Assembly: GCA_963733055.1 (NCBI GenBank)
Contig: CAVTBR010000001.1
Location: 1,120,001-1,184,000 of the forward strand
Direction: 5' to 3'
DNA: 64,000 bases
DNA from: Candidatus Bathyarchaeota archaeon
Lineage (GTDB): Archaea > Thermoproteota > Bathyarchaeia > 40CM-2-53-6
This document shows, in pieces, positions 29,383-38,239 of the stretch (position 1 is the stretch's first letter; the number at the start of each line of letters is the position of its first letter). The notes beneath the pieces were generated by a model that saw only the letters and a program-made list of their open reading frames with translations, searched no databases and was not told the DNA's origin. A program made the position numbers and the translations under genes.

Positions 29383-29780
29383 AATGCTTCCCCCATTCCG
29401 CGAGGCTGTTCTCTTCGAATGTAGATGCCTCAGAAGATAAGATAGTGGAATTAGCACGGGCTTGGAATAACGTCACATTCTTCGGTAGGGCGCAATTGCG
29501 CGGTACTCCTGTGGGTTAATCTTGAAAACTTAACCACGATCGCACTGTTCAGTTATTAGCCCAGAAAGGTGGTATCCTGGCACGTAGGGTTGAAGAGGAC
29601 TTAATCCTTAACCGTTAATTCGTTGACCCTCTAGAGCTAACCGACATGCCGTTTCAATTCCTGTTGACAAACCATGCGTCTTTCGGGGTTCTGAGGGGTG
29701 AGTTTCTGTTACCTTGGTTGCCGCTACCCAGTTACAGTATGGCTATGCATAGCGGAGTGTTACATAAGTCGTGAATCGCC

Positions 29781-30335
29781 TTGACAGACGTCAAAACTAT
29801 GCTTGATGAAGTAGAGCAGACCGTTAAGCCAGAGGTTGAAGGTGCAGACCAATTTCCAACAGGTTTGGATAGGCTCACCAAGAAGACTGTGAAAGTGCTT
29901 CGGCTGCTGTGCGAAAGCGGCAACCCAACGACGGTCCTCGCCTCCAGTATTACCCAACGTGACCTGGCAAGGAAGCTGCATGTGACGCGGCAAGCACTCA
30001 GCATACACATAACGAGGCTGGCCGATGCAGGGTTGATTCAGGCCGGCCGGGGTTTCGTTAATGTCACCGAGAGCGGGTTGAAAGCGACGGGGTATCACTA
30101 TAACCCTGCAATATTGATGGTGCGTGTTGCGCCGCAGCACCAGCGTGAGGCCTTTGAGAAGATTAAGGGGATCCGGGCTTTTGAAATATTTCGAGTTGCA
30201 GGCGACGCGGACTTTACCCTCGTTGTGGACCAGCGAGACCTGGACAAGGTGTTGCAGGAGTTGTACGCGATACAAGGAATCGTTGAGACAAGATCACTGA
30301 TAGCAACTGAAACCGTCAGACAAACGCCACACTAA
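29781..30335 (+). CDS. Lrp/AsnC-family regulator
   Basis: ITQRDLARKLHVTRQALSIHI HTH and RAM domain (FRVAGDADF...GIVETRS). Confidence 0.85.
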   Translation: MTDVKTMLDEVEQTVKPEVEGADQFPTGLDRLTKKTVKVLRLLCESGNPTTVLASSITQRDLARKLHVTRQALSIHITRLADAGLIQAGRGFVNVTESGLKATGYHYNPAILMVRVAPQHQREAFEKIKGIRAFEIFRVAGDADFTLVVDQRDLDKVLQELYAIQGIVETRSLIATETVRQTPH

Positions 30336-30632
30336 GAAAACCCGCCTTTTACTCGAACTAAAACGCAGCAATAGTGCTTCGGTTAATCTCCGGTACCGGT
30401 AGTTCCTTTACCCACTCTACTTGTCACCGCCCTAAGTCTTTGATCACGCAAGCAAAAGCCATGCGAGCATCTAGCTTGCAGTCATGAACGGCAGGTATAT
30501 TTTTGTGTTTTGCAAGTGTTTCATATATACGCGTAAAGATGTCAATTGCGCTGGCTTAGCCGAAAATTACCTGACCGATTTATTTACAAGTTTTGTACAT
30601 AAGTTTGGTAAGGAAAGAGGAAGAAATTGGAC

Positions 30633-31740
30633 ATGTGTGAACACTGCGACGCAATTAGACAAGTGCTGACGGAACTCACTCGTAACTTGGCTGGCTTCGA
30701 CGATGGCTGAGGTTGGGCCCAGGAACCTACTCGAGGTTTCGAGGCTCACGGGAATTCCGTTCACAACCATCTATCACCGGATTTCTAAAATTGAATCGAA
30801 GGCGGGGAAGCTGGTTACTCTCATATCCAATGTTGCTAAGCTGGGTATGGTTAGGTTGGTGGTTTTAGTTGCCTCGAAGCCTGGCTTGGAGGACATCGTG
30901 ACCCAGGCGTTGAGGATTCCCAACTATTGGAGAGTTATTGAACGGTGCGAGGGGGCGTTCACGCATCATTCGATTCAAACCGTACCCGTGAAGTTTCTGA
31001 AGACATTCAGGGAGTACATTTCAACCATGTACGCCATGAACCTAATCAAGAGCTTCAGAATCATCCAAACTTCCGACTCATGCTCGATCTTTGCTGACTT
31101 CTCAAGCTACAATTCAGCTTCGGGCGAATGGACTTTTCATTGGGACCAATGGTTGCACGAGCTAACAATGAGCACGCCACGAAGTACAATTCAAGACCCG
31201 AGAGGCGAACAGGTGAGAGTCGCAAAGGTTGATGTGGAAATCATCTCGGAACTTGAGATAAACGGACGCATGAACTTTGCCGAGATCGCCAAGAGAATCA
31301 ATACCTCACCACAGGCCGTCAAGTATCATTACGACAATAAACTAGTCCCTGGCGGGCTGGTGGAACAGTTCCACTTCGCTGTTGCACCATACCCTGTAGA
31401 GCTATCCGCCTACCATGAATTCATGCTCGAATTCCCCAATAGCATTACTATGAATCGCTTCTTCTCATTGTCCAAGAGGCTGTTCTTCGTGGACCACGTT
31501 TCGAAGGCGCTTCGTAAGACTACTCTCATCGTAAGGACGCGAATGATCAACTCGCAGGTCGAGAGTATGTTCGCGTTCTTCTCAGAAATGGTGAATGTGG
31601 GACTCCTCACGTCCTACTCTGCCGTAAGGTTGAACTTGAACAGCAGGTTGCATCAAACCATTTCCTGTGAATTATTCGACGATCCCGAAGGATGGCAATG
31701 GGACGTCTACAACGTCCTTCTGCAACTTAACAAACTCTGA
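30633..31740 (+). CDS. Large two-HTH Lrp/AsnC-like regulator; N-terminus possibly frameshifted at 30688-30695
   Basis: Track ORF 30703-31740 has GPRNLLEVSRLTGIPFTTIYHRI and FAEIAKRINTSPQAVKYHY HTHs; upstream MCEHC from ATG 30633 joins in frame if one TGGC is removed. Confidence 0.75.
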
Positions 31741-31814
31741 CAGAGTCGTTTCGAATATCGGCAAACAGCCCTAATGGTGCGCGGCCGAGAGAATCGACGG
31801 ACGAAAGAGCCGCC

Positions 31815-32450
31815 TCAATTAGTCGATGTCGGCGTTATCAGTTCTTGTGTTACAGGTGTTTTCGTGGTCAGGTCGAAGGCGTAGATCCGTTTTGAGGCTC
31901 TTTGCGGGTAGGCGAATTCTACTCGCTTTACTGTTTTTCCGATCATCCCTTCAAGGATGCCTGATGCTGTTTCGGCGGAGAAGACGCAGTCTAAGAGAAA
32001 GATTCTGTTGAGGCGGGGGTTGTAGTCTATTCTTCCCAATCCGGCGAACTTCCATGTTTCCGCCACATGGCTCCAGTTGTCAAGATCGCGTAGGTTTCCA
32101 TCCCAGGTTTGGGCTCTAGCGTTCCAAGTTTCGGCCCACATCTTGCCCATAGTCAAACCCACGTCATGTCTCGCTTCCGCCGTTAGGTGTTCTTCGAATA
32201 TCTCCATGTCCGCATCGGTCATCATGACCCATCTCACCATGTGGGTCTGAAGCACTCCGTCATCGGGACGCCAGGAACCTATGTCGTATTGTCTGTGATA
32301 GGAAAGCAGTTTGAGTAGCATGTCTCGCATGCTTTTCTCTTTGCCGCTCACAATCTGCTTGGTGATGTAGTCGTGGCAGGACTGTGGAAAGTCAATTGAA
32401 GTTCTCCTGTTGATTTTCCCTTCCACAGCACCCACGCCCTCCTCGCTCAA
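31815..32450 (-). CDS. Putative RHH + V4R-like regulator
   Basis: RRTSIDFPQSCHDYI...SMRDML (RHH-like); RWVMM...GLTMG...AGLGRI...GILEGMIG (V4R-like). Confidence 0.5.
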   Translation of the reverse strand: MSEEGVGAVEGKINRRTSIDFPQSCHDYITKQIVSGKEKSMRDMLLKLLSYHRQYDIGSWRPDDGVLQTHMVRWVMMTDADMEIFEEHLTAEARHDVGLTMGKMWAETWNARAQTWDGNLRDLDNWSHVAETWKFAGLGRIDYNPRLNRIFLLDCVFSAETASGILEGMIGKTVKRVEFAYPQRASKRIYAFDLTTKTPVTQELITPTSTN

Positions 32451-32525
32451 TGTCGCACCCCCCTCTTACCCGATGTGTAACCGGAAATTGGCGGCGTAGG
32501 TTACACGCCGAGCCCGTATGTTATG

Positions 32526-32780
32526 TCAGTCTCGCCCGACGGGCGGAGGATCATGAACACCCTTTTCGTAAGCCCCATGGGCTCCGCCGCTCCAATCGCC
32601 AATCCATAGTACTTGGCTTCCTAGAAGTTGACCAAGTTTCCCGTTCCAAGAAACCGCTTGTTGATGGTTCGTCGTAGCGCCAACTGAGGTTACCTTTGGG
32701 ATGCCTACAGTAGCGTAACCGATCCCTATCAGCGACATCGCTAATAGAAAGAGTCCGAGAAACGTTGCCTTTCTCAACAC
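32526..32780 (-). CDS. Small secreted protein
   Basis: MLRKATFLGLFLLAMSLIGIGYA signal peptide; GGTGAG RBS-like sequence upstream. Confidence 0.45.
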   Translation of the reverse strand: MLRKATFLGLFLLAMSLIGIGYATVGIPKVTSVGATTNHQQAVSWNGKLGQLLGSQVLWIGDWSGGAHGAYEKGVHDPPPVGRD

Positions 32781-32935
32781 AGCTCACCTACTTGTTAGCC
32801 TGCTAATCGTTCACTTAAGCTGAATCCAACATCAATATTGGATGAGCACATAGCGAAACTTAGAACTGCACATTCAGCTTGGATTCGGCTTATAGCCGGC
32901 GGTGGTGGGCTTGTTAGTCTTGAGGGCTAAACAGA

Positions 32936-33316
32936 ATGTGCAGCTGTATTTTGGTGAATGTAGAGCGCCGCAATCTTGATTCCATTTTGCTGGACTCGAT
33001 GGATCAAACCCTTACGGGCATGTTTGGGGTGCAGATCACGCGGGCAATTTACAGTTACTTCGAGGAAAAGTTCGGAATCAGAAGGGAGGAGATGGTTCCC
33101 CATTTCGACAGATTGCTTTTGGCTTTCAGTGAGGCTTTTGGCGAGAGAGGCGTCCTCGAGAGGGCGGTGGCAAAGAGATTCTACGCCAACCTTGGTTTGC
33201 GGTTCATCGAGCAACCCACCTATGCGCTTTTAGACTACTTCAAGGAAGCCAAGAACCTCCTCACCGCGGAAGAACCCCTCCCCAACCATAGCGAGCCAAA
33301 CTCTTCCAGGCCTTGA
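32936..33316 (+). CDS. DUF3227/NitrOD5-like small helical protein (paralog 4)
   Basis: DSMDQTLTGMFG...AIYSYF...EEM...AFGERG.VLERAVAKRFY...LLDYF. Confidence 0.75.
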   Translation: MCSCILVNVERRNLDSILLDSMDQTLTGMFGVQITRAIYSYFEEKFGIRREEMVPHFDRLLLAFSEAFGERGVLERAVAKRFYANLGLRFIEQPTYALLDYFKEAKNLLTAEEPLPNHSEPNSSRP

Positions 33317-33464
33317 ACAACATGAGATAACCATAGACGAGAACCCAGAGGTAGAAGAATCCAGGAAGCAAACTCCCCAGTAAGTCGAACCCGAGTACTC
33401 ATACTTACCGAAGGAGTTTTGTTGAACCGTTACAGCAATTACAGATCCCTAGACGGAAACCTCT

Positions 33465-34268
33465 ATGGGGCTTGGCGTCGTTATGCAACGTGATTTACTA
33501 GCGATCTTGGGCCTGGGCGGTGCTTTTGCCGTTTTCTATGCGGTTGCACAGTCATGGGGATGGTGGCTTGTTGTATCCACTGACTTGCTTTTCGACTTAG
33601 TTTCCGGAGTTGCTGCTGTATTTGCCTTACTCGTATTGAGGGAAGACAAGAAGAGAACGCGGGATCTGCCGAACTTGAGGGAGCGGCTTCACACTGTACA
33701 CGTCGGTTTCTTTCTTGCGATTCTACTATGGTTTCTAGGTGAATTCACATGGTCCGTCTACGAGCTGGTTCTGGGAGTTCAGATACCGTATCCCTCCATT
33801 GCTGACGTCTTCTACCTGGCGGCCTATGTTCCGGCATTTGTCTCGATTTTTGGTTTCATGCGGATCTTTCAGCGGCTCCTGACACCCTTGAAAAAGCTCG
33901 TGTCACTGCTCGTCGGTGCGTCCATAGTGGGGCTCACGGCTATCTTCCTTCTCACTCCACTATCCGTGTCATCATCGCCTCTCTTCGTCAAGGCATTTGA
34001 TGTATCGTATCCTATCCTGGACGCGGCGTTGATGATATTGGTGACGATGCGGTTGATCGCGTTCAACCGAACTTTCCTCGGAAGGCCTTGGATTTGGATT
34101 TTCTCCGGGCTACTCCTCCTCTCATTTGCGGACATAATGTTCAGCTGGGGTGCCCTAGTCGGCTGGTACTACTCGGGGCATCCGATTGAACTCTTGTGGC
34201 TGTACGGGTACCTAGCATTAGCTCTAGGTTTCAATCGGCAAAGAACACAACTCTACGAACCCACCTAA
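33465..34268 (+). CDS. Multi-TM membrane sensor-like protein with no output domain
   Basis: WFLGEFTW...PYPSIADVFYLAAY...YPILD...ADI...WLYGY, the pattern of membrane input domains of kinases/cyclases. Confidence 0.7.
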   Translation: MGLGVVMQRDLLAILGLGGAFAVFYAVAQSWGWWLVVSTDLLFDLVSGVAAVFALLVLREDKKRTRDLPNLRERLHTVHVGFFLAILLWFLGEFTWSVYELVLGVQIPYPSIADVFYLAAYVPAFVSIFGFMRIFQRLLTPLKKLVSLLVGASIVGLTAIFLLTPLSVSSSPLFVKAFDVSYPILDAALMILVTMRLIAFNRTFLGRPWIWIFSGLLLLSFADIMFSWGALVGWYYSGHPIELLWLYGYLALALGFNRQRTQLYEPT

Positions 34269-34287
34269 CCCAGAAAGCCGAATCGTC

Positions 34288-34518
34288 GTGATTGGTCTAG
34301 GGATGGGACGAGTGACTTTCTTCAAGAATTGGAAAGAACTGGAAAAGTCTGGCGCCGTTAAGGTCACGAGATCAGTTGGCAGAGCCACTATGTATCAGCT
34401 CGCTAGGCAGAACGATATCGTCAAACAGCTGATTCGGTTGGACATGGCCCTTGCCAGAGGAGAGATGGACAGGGCGGTCATAGAATATCAGAAGCCTGTT
34501 CTCGTGAGGTCAGGCTAA
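34288..34518 (+). pseudogene. Winged-helix protein, probably 5'-truncated
   Basis: GMGRVTFFKNWKELEKSGAVKVTRSVGRATMYQL is the recognition helix and wing only; the first helices are missing. Confidence 0.5.
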
Positions 34519-34580
34519 TCGGCGGCATTTCCTAACCTTTCAGCCGACCGCGTTGGGCTCGCTAAACCTAGTAAATCCTC

Positions 34581-35783
34581 TTAACGGTCTACGCCTGACC
34601 ATCGTGCATCCCGCTTCGGTTTGATGCCGTAAACCAGAACGGCGCCGACGAGCTGTGTCACTGCACTCGCCGCGAAAATGTACACTGGGCCAAAGGCGGT
34701 CCAAACAAAACCGAACAGTAACGGCGCGCCGATTACTCCAAGATCCTCGAATGAACCGTATATCCCAATCGTGGTTCCCTCCATCGCCGTCGGCGCCACA
34801 TCAGGAATCATCGCAAGCAACAAGGAGGTTCCTGAGAAGCCAACACCGACCGCAATCGAGACAACAAGAACCAGATAGGATGAGCCCGCGAGAAAATACA
34901 AAAGAAATAAGCCCGATGTCGCGAGTAGCCCCAGAAATGTAGTACGCTTCCTCCCGAACCTGTCAGACAACCACCCGACGACCGGCATCGCAACCAATTG
35001 AGCACCGGAAACCGAAGCAAACAGAATCCCCACATCCACCGTGGACATCCTGATTTGTTGAGAGGCATAGAGCGGGAGGAAGGAGGATGTGACGGTACGT
35101 CCCATGAAGACGAATGCTGCAGACAGGAAAAGGAACCTTGCCGATCGCTTACTCATAACCTGCCTAAGCCTGGCTACCATATCCGGCTGGGACACCTGAC
35201 GACGCGCCCCCTCACTCGGAAAAGACAATACAATGAACAAGGCCACTAGCAACGATATCGCCGAAGATACCCAGAAAGCAGACTCGAACGACCAAGTCTG
35301 CGCTATATAGGTTCCAAGCAGGGGCCCGATGACTCGGCCAAGCGCGAAGAACAACCACCAAAGGCTCGCGTACAAACCAATCGACTTCTTGGGAGAACAT
35401 TCGGAAACGTAAGACCTGGTCATCGGCCCAATAGCAACAAACGAGACGCCCGTAACAAATTGAAGCACAATGAATAGGGGGACTAGCTGATGGAACGTGA
35501 ACAGTACAGAGAGTACGCTCATCGATAGGACCGATACGAGCATCAGCAATCGGCGGTCTGTCTTGTCGCTCAAGCTGCCCCAAATCCACTCCGCCAGAAA
35601 CATTCCAACCGCTTGTACCGCCACGAGTATGCTCCAACCGATTATGTCGATTCCTAGAGAATCAACATACAGTGGCATTACGGGGCCATTGTATGAAACC
35701 GATGATGCAATACTGTAGAAGAGCAGCGTGAGGTACGCGGCTGAGACGAGGCGAACGCGAGAGTCCATGCGAATCGAATCCAA
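34581..35783 (-). CDS. MFS transporter (DHA1-like)
   Basis: WGSLSDKTDRR and VGWLSDRFGRK motif A in both halves. Confidence 0.9.
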   Translation of the reverse strand: MDSIRMDSRVRLVSAAYLTLLFYSIASSVSYNGPVMPLYVDSLGIDIIGWSILVAVQAVGMFLAEWIWGSLSDKTDRRLLMLVSVLSMSVLSVLFTFHQLVPLFIVLQFVTGVSFVAIGPMTRSYVSECSPKKSIGLYASLWWLFFALGRVIGPLLGTYIAQTWSFESAFWVSSAISLLVALFIVLSFPSEGARRQVSQPDMVARLRQVMSKRSARFLFLSAAFVFMGRTVTSSFLPLYASQQIRMSTVDVGILFASVSGAQLVAMPVVGWLSDRFGRKRTTFLGLLATSGLFLLYFLAGSSYLVLVVSIAVGVGFSGTSLLLAMIPDVAPTAMEGTTIGIYGSFEDLGVIGAPLLFGFVWTAFGPVYIFAASAVTQLVGAVLVYGIKPKRDARWSGVDR

Positions 35784-35858
35784 GCGCCTCTAGGGATAAA
35801 CTGGAACTAACGTCGGTGAGCTATGCCTGCTAGTGCAGAGTGATAGGGGGTTGCTGAG

Positions 35859-36311
35859 TTACGGGTCGGGATTGAGTTCGGATGTTAGCGTGTCTGGCTC
35901 GAGAACGGTAGTAACCGTTCTGGCTCTCTTTGCCATCTCCTGGTCGAAGGTTACTAGGGGGCTCTTCATTTCCTTCGATACCTGAATCACAATGGCGTCC
36001 ATTCCCCTGAGGCGTAGGCTAGATGCCAGTTCGGCGCTTTCACGCGACCTATCTTCTGTCAACTCGGAATAGTTGATCAACTTCAAGTCTCCCCATTTCT
36101 GGATTTGATTCATTACCTTCCTGGCCGCTTCAGGAGTCACCCTCCGCGCGATTGCTCCGCAAACTTCCACGGGTACGATGACGCTCGTTACAACGTGAAG
36201 TTTTCCGTCGAACATTCTCTTGATTATCGCGCCTGCAGTCTGCCTATGTTCTTCGCCTTTCACGAATGCCGACACGAACACGGATGAGTCCAGTGTCGCT
36301 TCTATCATCAT
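35859..36311 (-). CDS. vapC: PIN-domain toxin (VapC)
   Basis: Start 36311 (MMIEATLDSSVFV); VPVEV, LRGMDA and LVTFD motifs. Confidence 0.9.
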   Translation of the reverse strand: MMIEATLDSSVFVSAFVKGEEHRQTAGAIIKRMFDGKLHVVTSVIVPVEVCGAIARRVTPEAARKVMNQIQKWGDLKLINYSELTEDRSRESAELASSLRLRGMDAIVIQVSKEMKSPLVTFDQEMAKRARTVTTVLEPDTLTSELNPDP

Positions 36312-36562
36312 GGTTTTTCTCGATCCTCCCTGACCGCTTCTACGGCAGACTTGCCGCGAGGCCACGCCTTTCCAATCTCTTTAGCCAAGGTTTCAAGTTC
36401 TTCCAACAGTGCTTCCCCGGAAACGGGCGCGAGCAGTAGCCCACGTGAGGTGGGGATCTGTTCCACAATCCCGCCTTCCTTGATGCCGTACTTCTCTCTC
36501 AATTGCTTTGATATGACGACCTGTCCCTTTGCACCAACTTTGCTTCGATGCGTCAAAGTCAT
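36308..36562 (-). CDS. AbrB-family antitoxin
   Basis: KVGAKGQVVISKQLREKYGIKEG; GGAG RBS; ATGA overlap with the toxin. Confidence 0.9.
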   Translation of the reverse strand: MTLTHRSKVGAKGQVVISKQLREKYGIKEGGIVEQIPTSRGLLLAPVSGEALLEELETLAKEIGKAWPRGKSAVEAVREDREKP

Positions 36563-36658
36563 ACCACTCCTCCAGTATAACTATGCCCACTAGTATAAAT
36601 TAGGTTTCCGGTCATACCTCGACCGAATTGTGAACTGCCGACCCGCGCCAGTGCAAAA

Positions 36659-36703
36659 GCTTACGACGCAGTAATAGGAAGATTCCGGCGAAGACGGGGA
36701 CCC
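36659..36703 (-). repeat. Orphan copy of the prepilin-peptidase 3' end (direct repeat of 11891-11935)
   Basis: 25-nt exact match TAGGAAGATTCCGGCGAAGACGGGG (36675-36699 = 11907-11931); 39/45 identity overall by hand count. Confidence 0.85.
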
Positions 36704-36711
36704 GCTGGAAG

Positions 36712-36906
36712 CTATGCGTACTGGTGCGTGCGGAGTGAACTATGGGGATTTAAGAAAATTATGCGCCTTGAAAATTCGCCGTATCCTTCACGGCTGCTTT
36801 CGCAGTGTGAAGAGCCGAGATTAACCATTCGATACCCAGATAGCACCTCGAAGTGAGTCAACACAGAGATGAGAAACTCAGAGGTGTCGAGAAAGACTCT
36901 GGTCAA
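36712..36906 (-). pseudogene. Deleted PIN toxin remnant
   Basis: VFLDTS joined directly to FLISVLTHFEVLSG, then non-PIN sequence; the C-terminal acidic motifs are absent. Confidence 0.65.
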
Positions 36907-37141
36907 GCGATCTCTCCGCCGCTTTCATGTGCCTGCCAATTTTTCGCATGTCCTTGGCTAAGGCTATTATAGCGTCCGTCGTTTCCTTGGCATCACCAGC
37001 TCTGGGCGCCGCCTTTTTCACCAAAACAGCTTTGCCAGTTCTCTCAAAGACAACTGCGTCACCCGGTTTTATGTGCAGGTCTTTCGCTATGGATTTGGGA
37101 ATAGTGATTTGCAGTTTGCGCGTGACCTGATGCTGCTTCAT
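36878..37141 (-). CDS. AbrB-family antitoxin
   Basis: VTRKLQITIPKSIAKDLHIKPGDAVVF. Confidence 0.9.
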   Translation of the reverse strand: MKQHQVTRKLQITIPKSIAKDLHIKPGDAVVFERTGKAVLVKKAAPRAGDAKETTDAIIALAKDMRKIGRHMKAAERSLDQSLSRHL

Positions 37142-37321
37142 AGTACTACTTCCTTATCAGTCATTTAATTAGCGTTTTTTGCAATGTTCTCGCTTTGGTG
37201 GTATACTCGGAATCGCCATCCATTTCTTGTGAGCAGGCAGCCCTCCGATTGACGCGATTACCCGTCCTACCTGGAGCCATCGTAGGTGACCTAACCCTGT
37301 TGTGGGGGGTGCCGAGTGAAC

Positions 37322-38146
37322 CTATGTGGGATTGAGGAACTTCTGTGCCTTAAGAAAATCTGCGGTCTCCTTCACCGCTGCCTTGTTGTCCGGTTTAGGA
37401 AGCACCTCAGCGGAGACCCAGTCTTCATACCCTATGTCTCGCAAGAGTCTTAGCTGTCCTTCGATCTTGAGGTGGCCGTGACCGGGGGGCCAACGGTCGC
37501 TATCGGCAATGTGAAAGTGTCCTATCCTCTCATGATACTTGCGCATGCTCTCCTCTATCGATGGTTCCTCAATGTTCATGTGAAAACTGTCCAAAAGAAT
37601 TCCCGTGGCCGTCAGTTGCTCAGCTTGAATTAGATCAGCCACATGGGCTGCAGTGTTCAGAAGAGAGGTCTCGTAACGGTTTATGGCCTCCAGAACGAGA
37701 CGAGCTCCCGATTCAGTTGCTGCTTTGTCACATTCCCTTAGGCTTTCAATGAGCAGCTCAACCGCATTATTCGCTGATGGGTTCCCTCTCACCATCCCGA
37801 TAACCACGACCGAATTCTCCGTGGACGCAAATCGAATGAGTCCCTTCACGATCCCGATTGCCTTTTCACGTATAGCCGGATCCGGATCGGTGAAGGAAAG
37901 GCCCTTTCCAAGGTAGATAAGGCCGGTTCCAATCGCGGCAAGCTGAAGGCCTTCGGCTCGTATTGAGTCTCTGATTCTCGAGAGTATGCTTTGATCGTCG
38001 AAGCTTAGGTTGAGCTCCACCCCGGTAAAGCCCTGCTCTCTCAGAAGTCGGAGAGCCTTCTCAAATTCGGCGAACGATGAAGCGTTCTCGAACAGGTTCG
38101 GAATCTGGTAACCTAAACCCGCCGAAACTACGAATGAGAAACGCAT
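37322..38146 (-). CDS. iolO: 5-keto-L-gluconate epimerase (IolO-like, xylose-isomerase TIM barrel)
   Basis: AIGTG..YL..GLSFTDPD, IGMVRG, EAINRYET, DSFHMNIEE, HIADSDRWPPG and VSAEVLP, as recalled for Thermotoga IolO; clustered with iolM/iolN. Confidence 0.8.
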   Translation of the reverse strand: MRFSFVVSAGLGYQIPNLFENASSFAEFEKALRLLREQGFTGVELNLSFDDQSILSRIRDSIRAEGLQLAAIGTGLIYLGKGLSFTDPDPAIREKAIGIVKGLIRFASTENSVVVIGMVRGNPSANNAVELLIESLRECDKAATESGARLVLEAINRYETSLLNTAAHVADLIQAEQLTATGILLDSFHMNIEEPSIEESMRKYHERIGHFHIADSDRWPPGHGHLKIEGQLRLLRDIGYEDWVSAEVLPKPDNKAAVKETADFLKAQKFLNPT

Positions 38147-38186
38147 TATTTCACGCGACCAGTTTACTTATTGATTTTGTTCGTAA

Positions 38187-38202
38187 GCTTGATTAATCAA
38201 GC
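38187..38202. promoter_or_regulatory. Perfect 16-bp palindrome, candidate operator
   Basis: GCTTGATTAATCAAGC between divergent iolO and the aminotransferase operon. Confidence 0.55.
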
Positions 38203-38239
38203 ATGCTGTTTCGGCGGCGTTACTTCGGTCGTATCTGAA

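Noticed and set aside
29490-29535. Palindrome GCGCAATTGCGC and GGTTAA-N10-TTAACC between the MFS and Lrp genes
   Set aside because: Single short occurrences; at most ordinary operator candidates.
34529-34558. attC-like look: CCTAAC...CAGCCGACCGC...GTTGGGC near TA and MFS genes
   Set aside because: Only about 30 bp with no complementary L' box; no regular attC series and no integrase in the window, so an integron is not supported.
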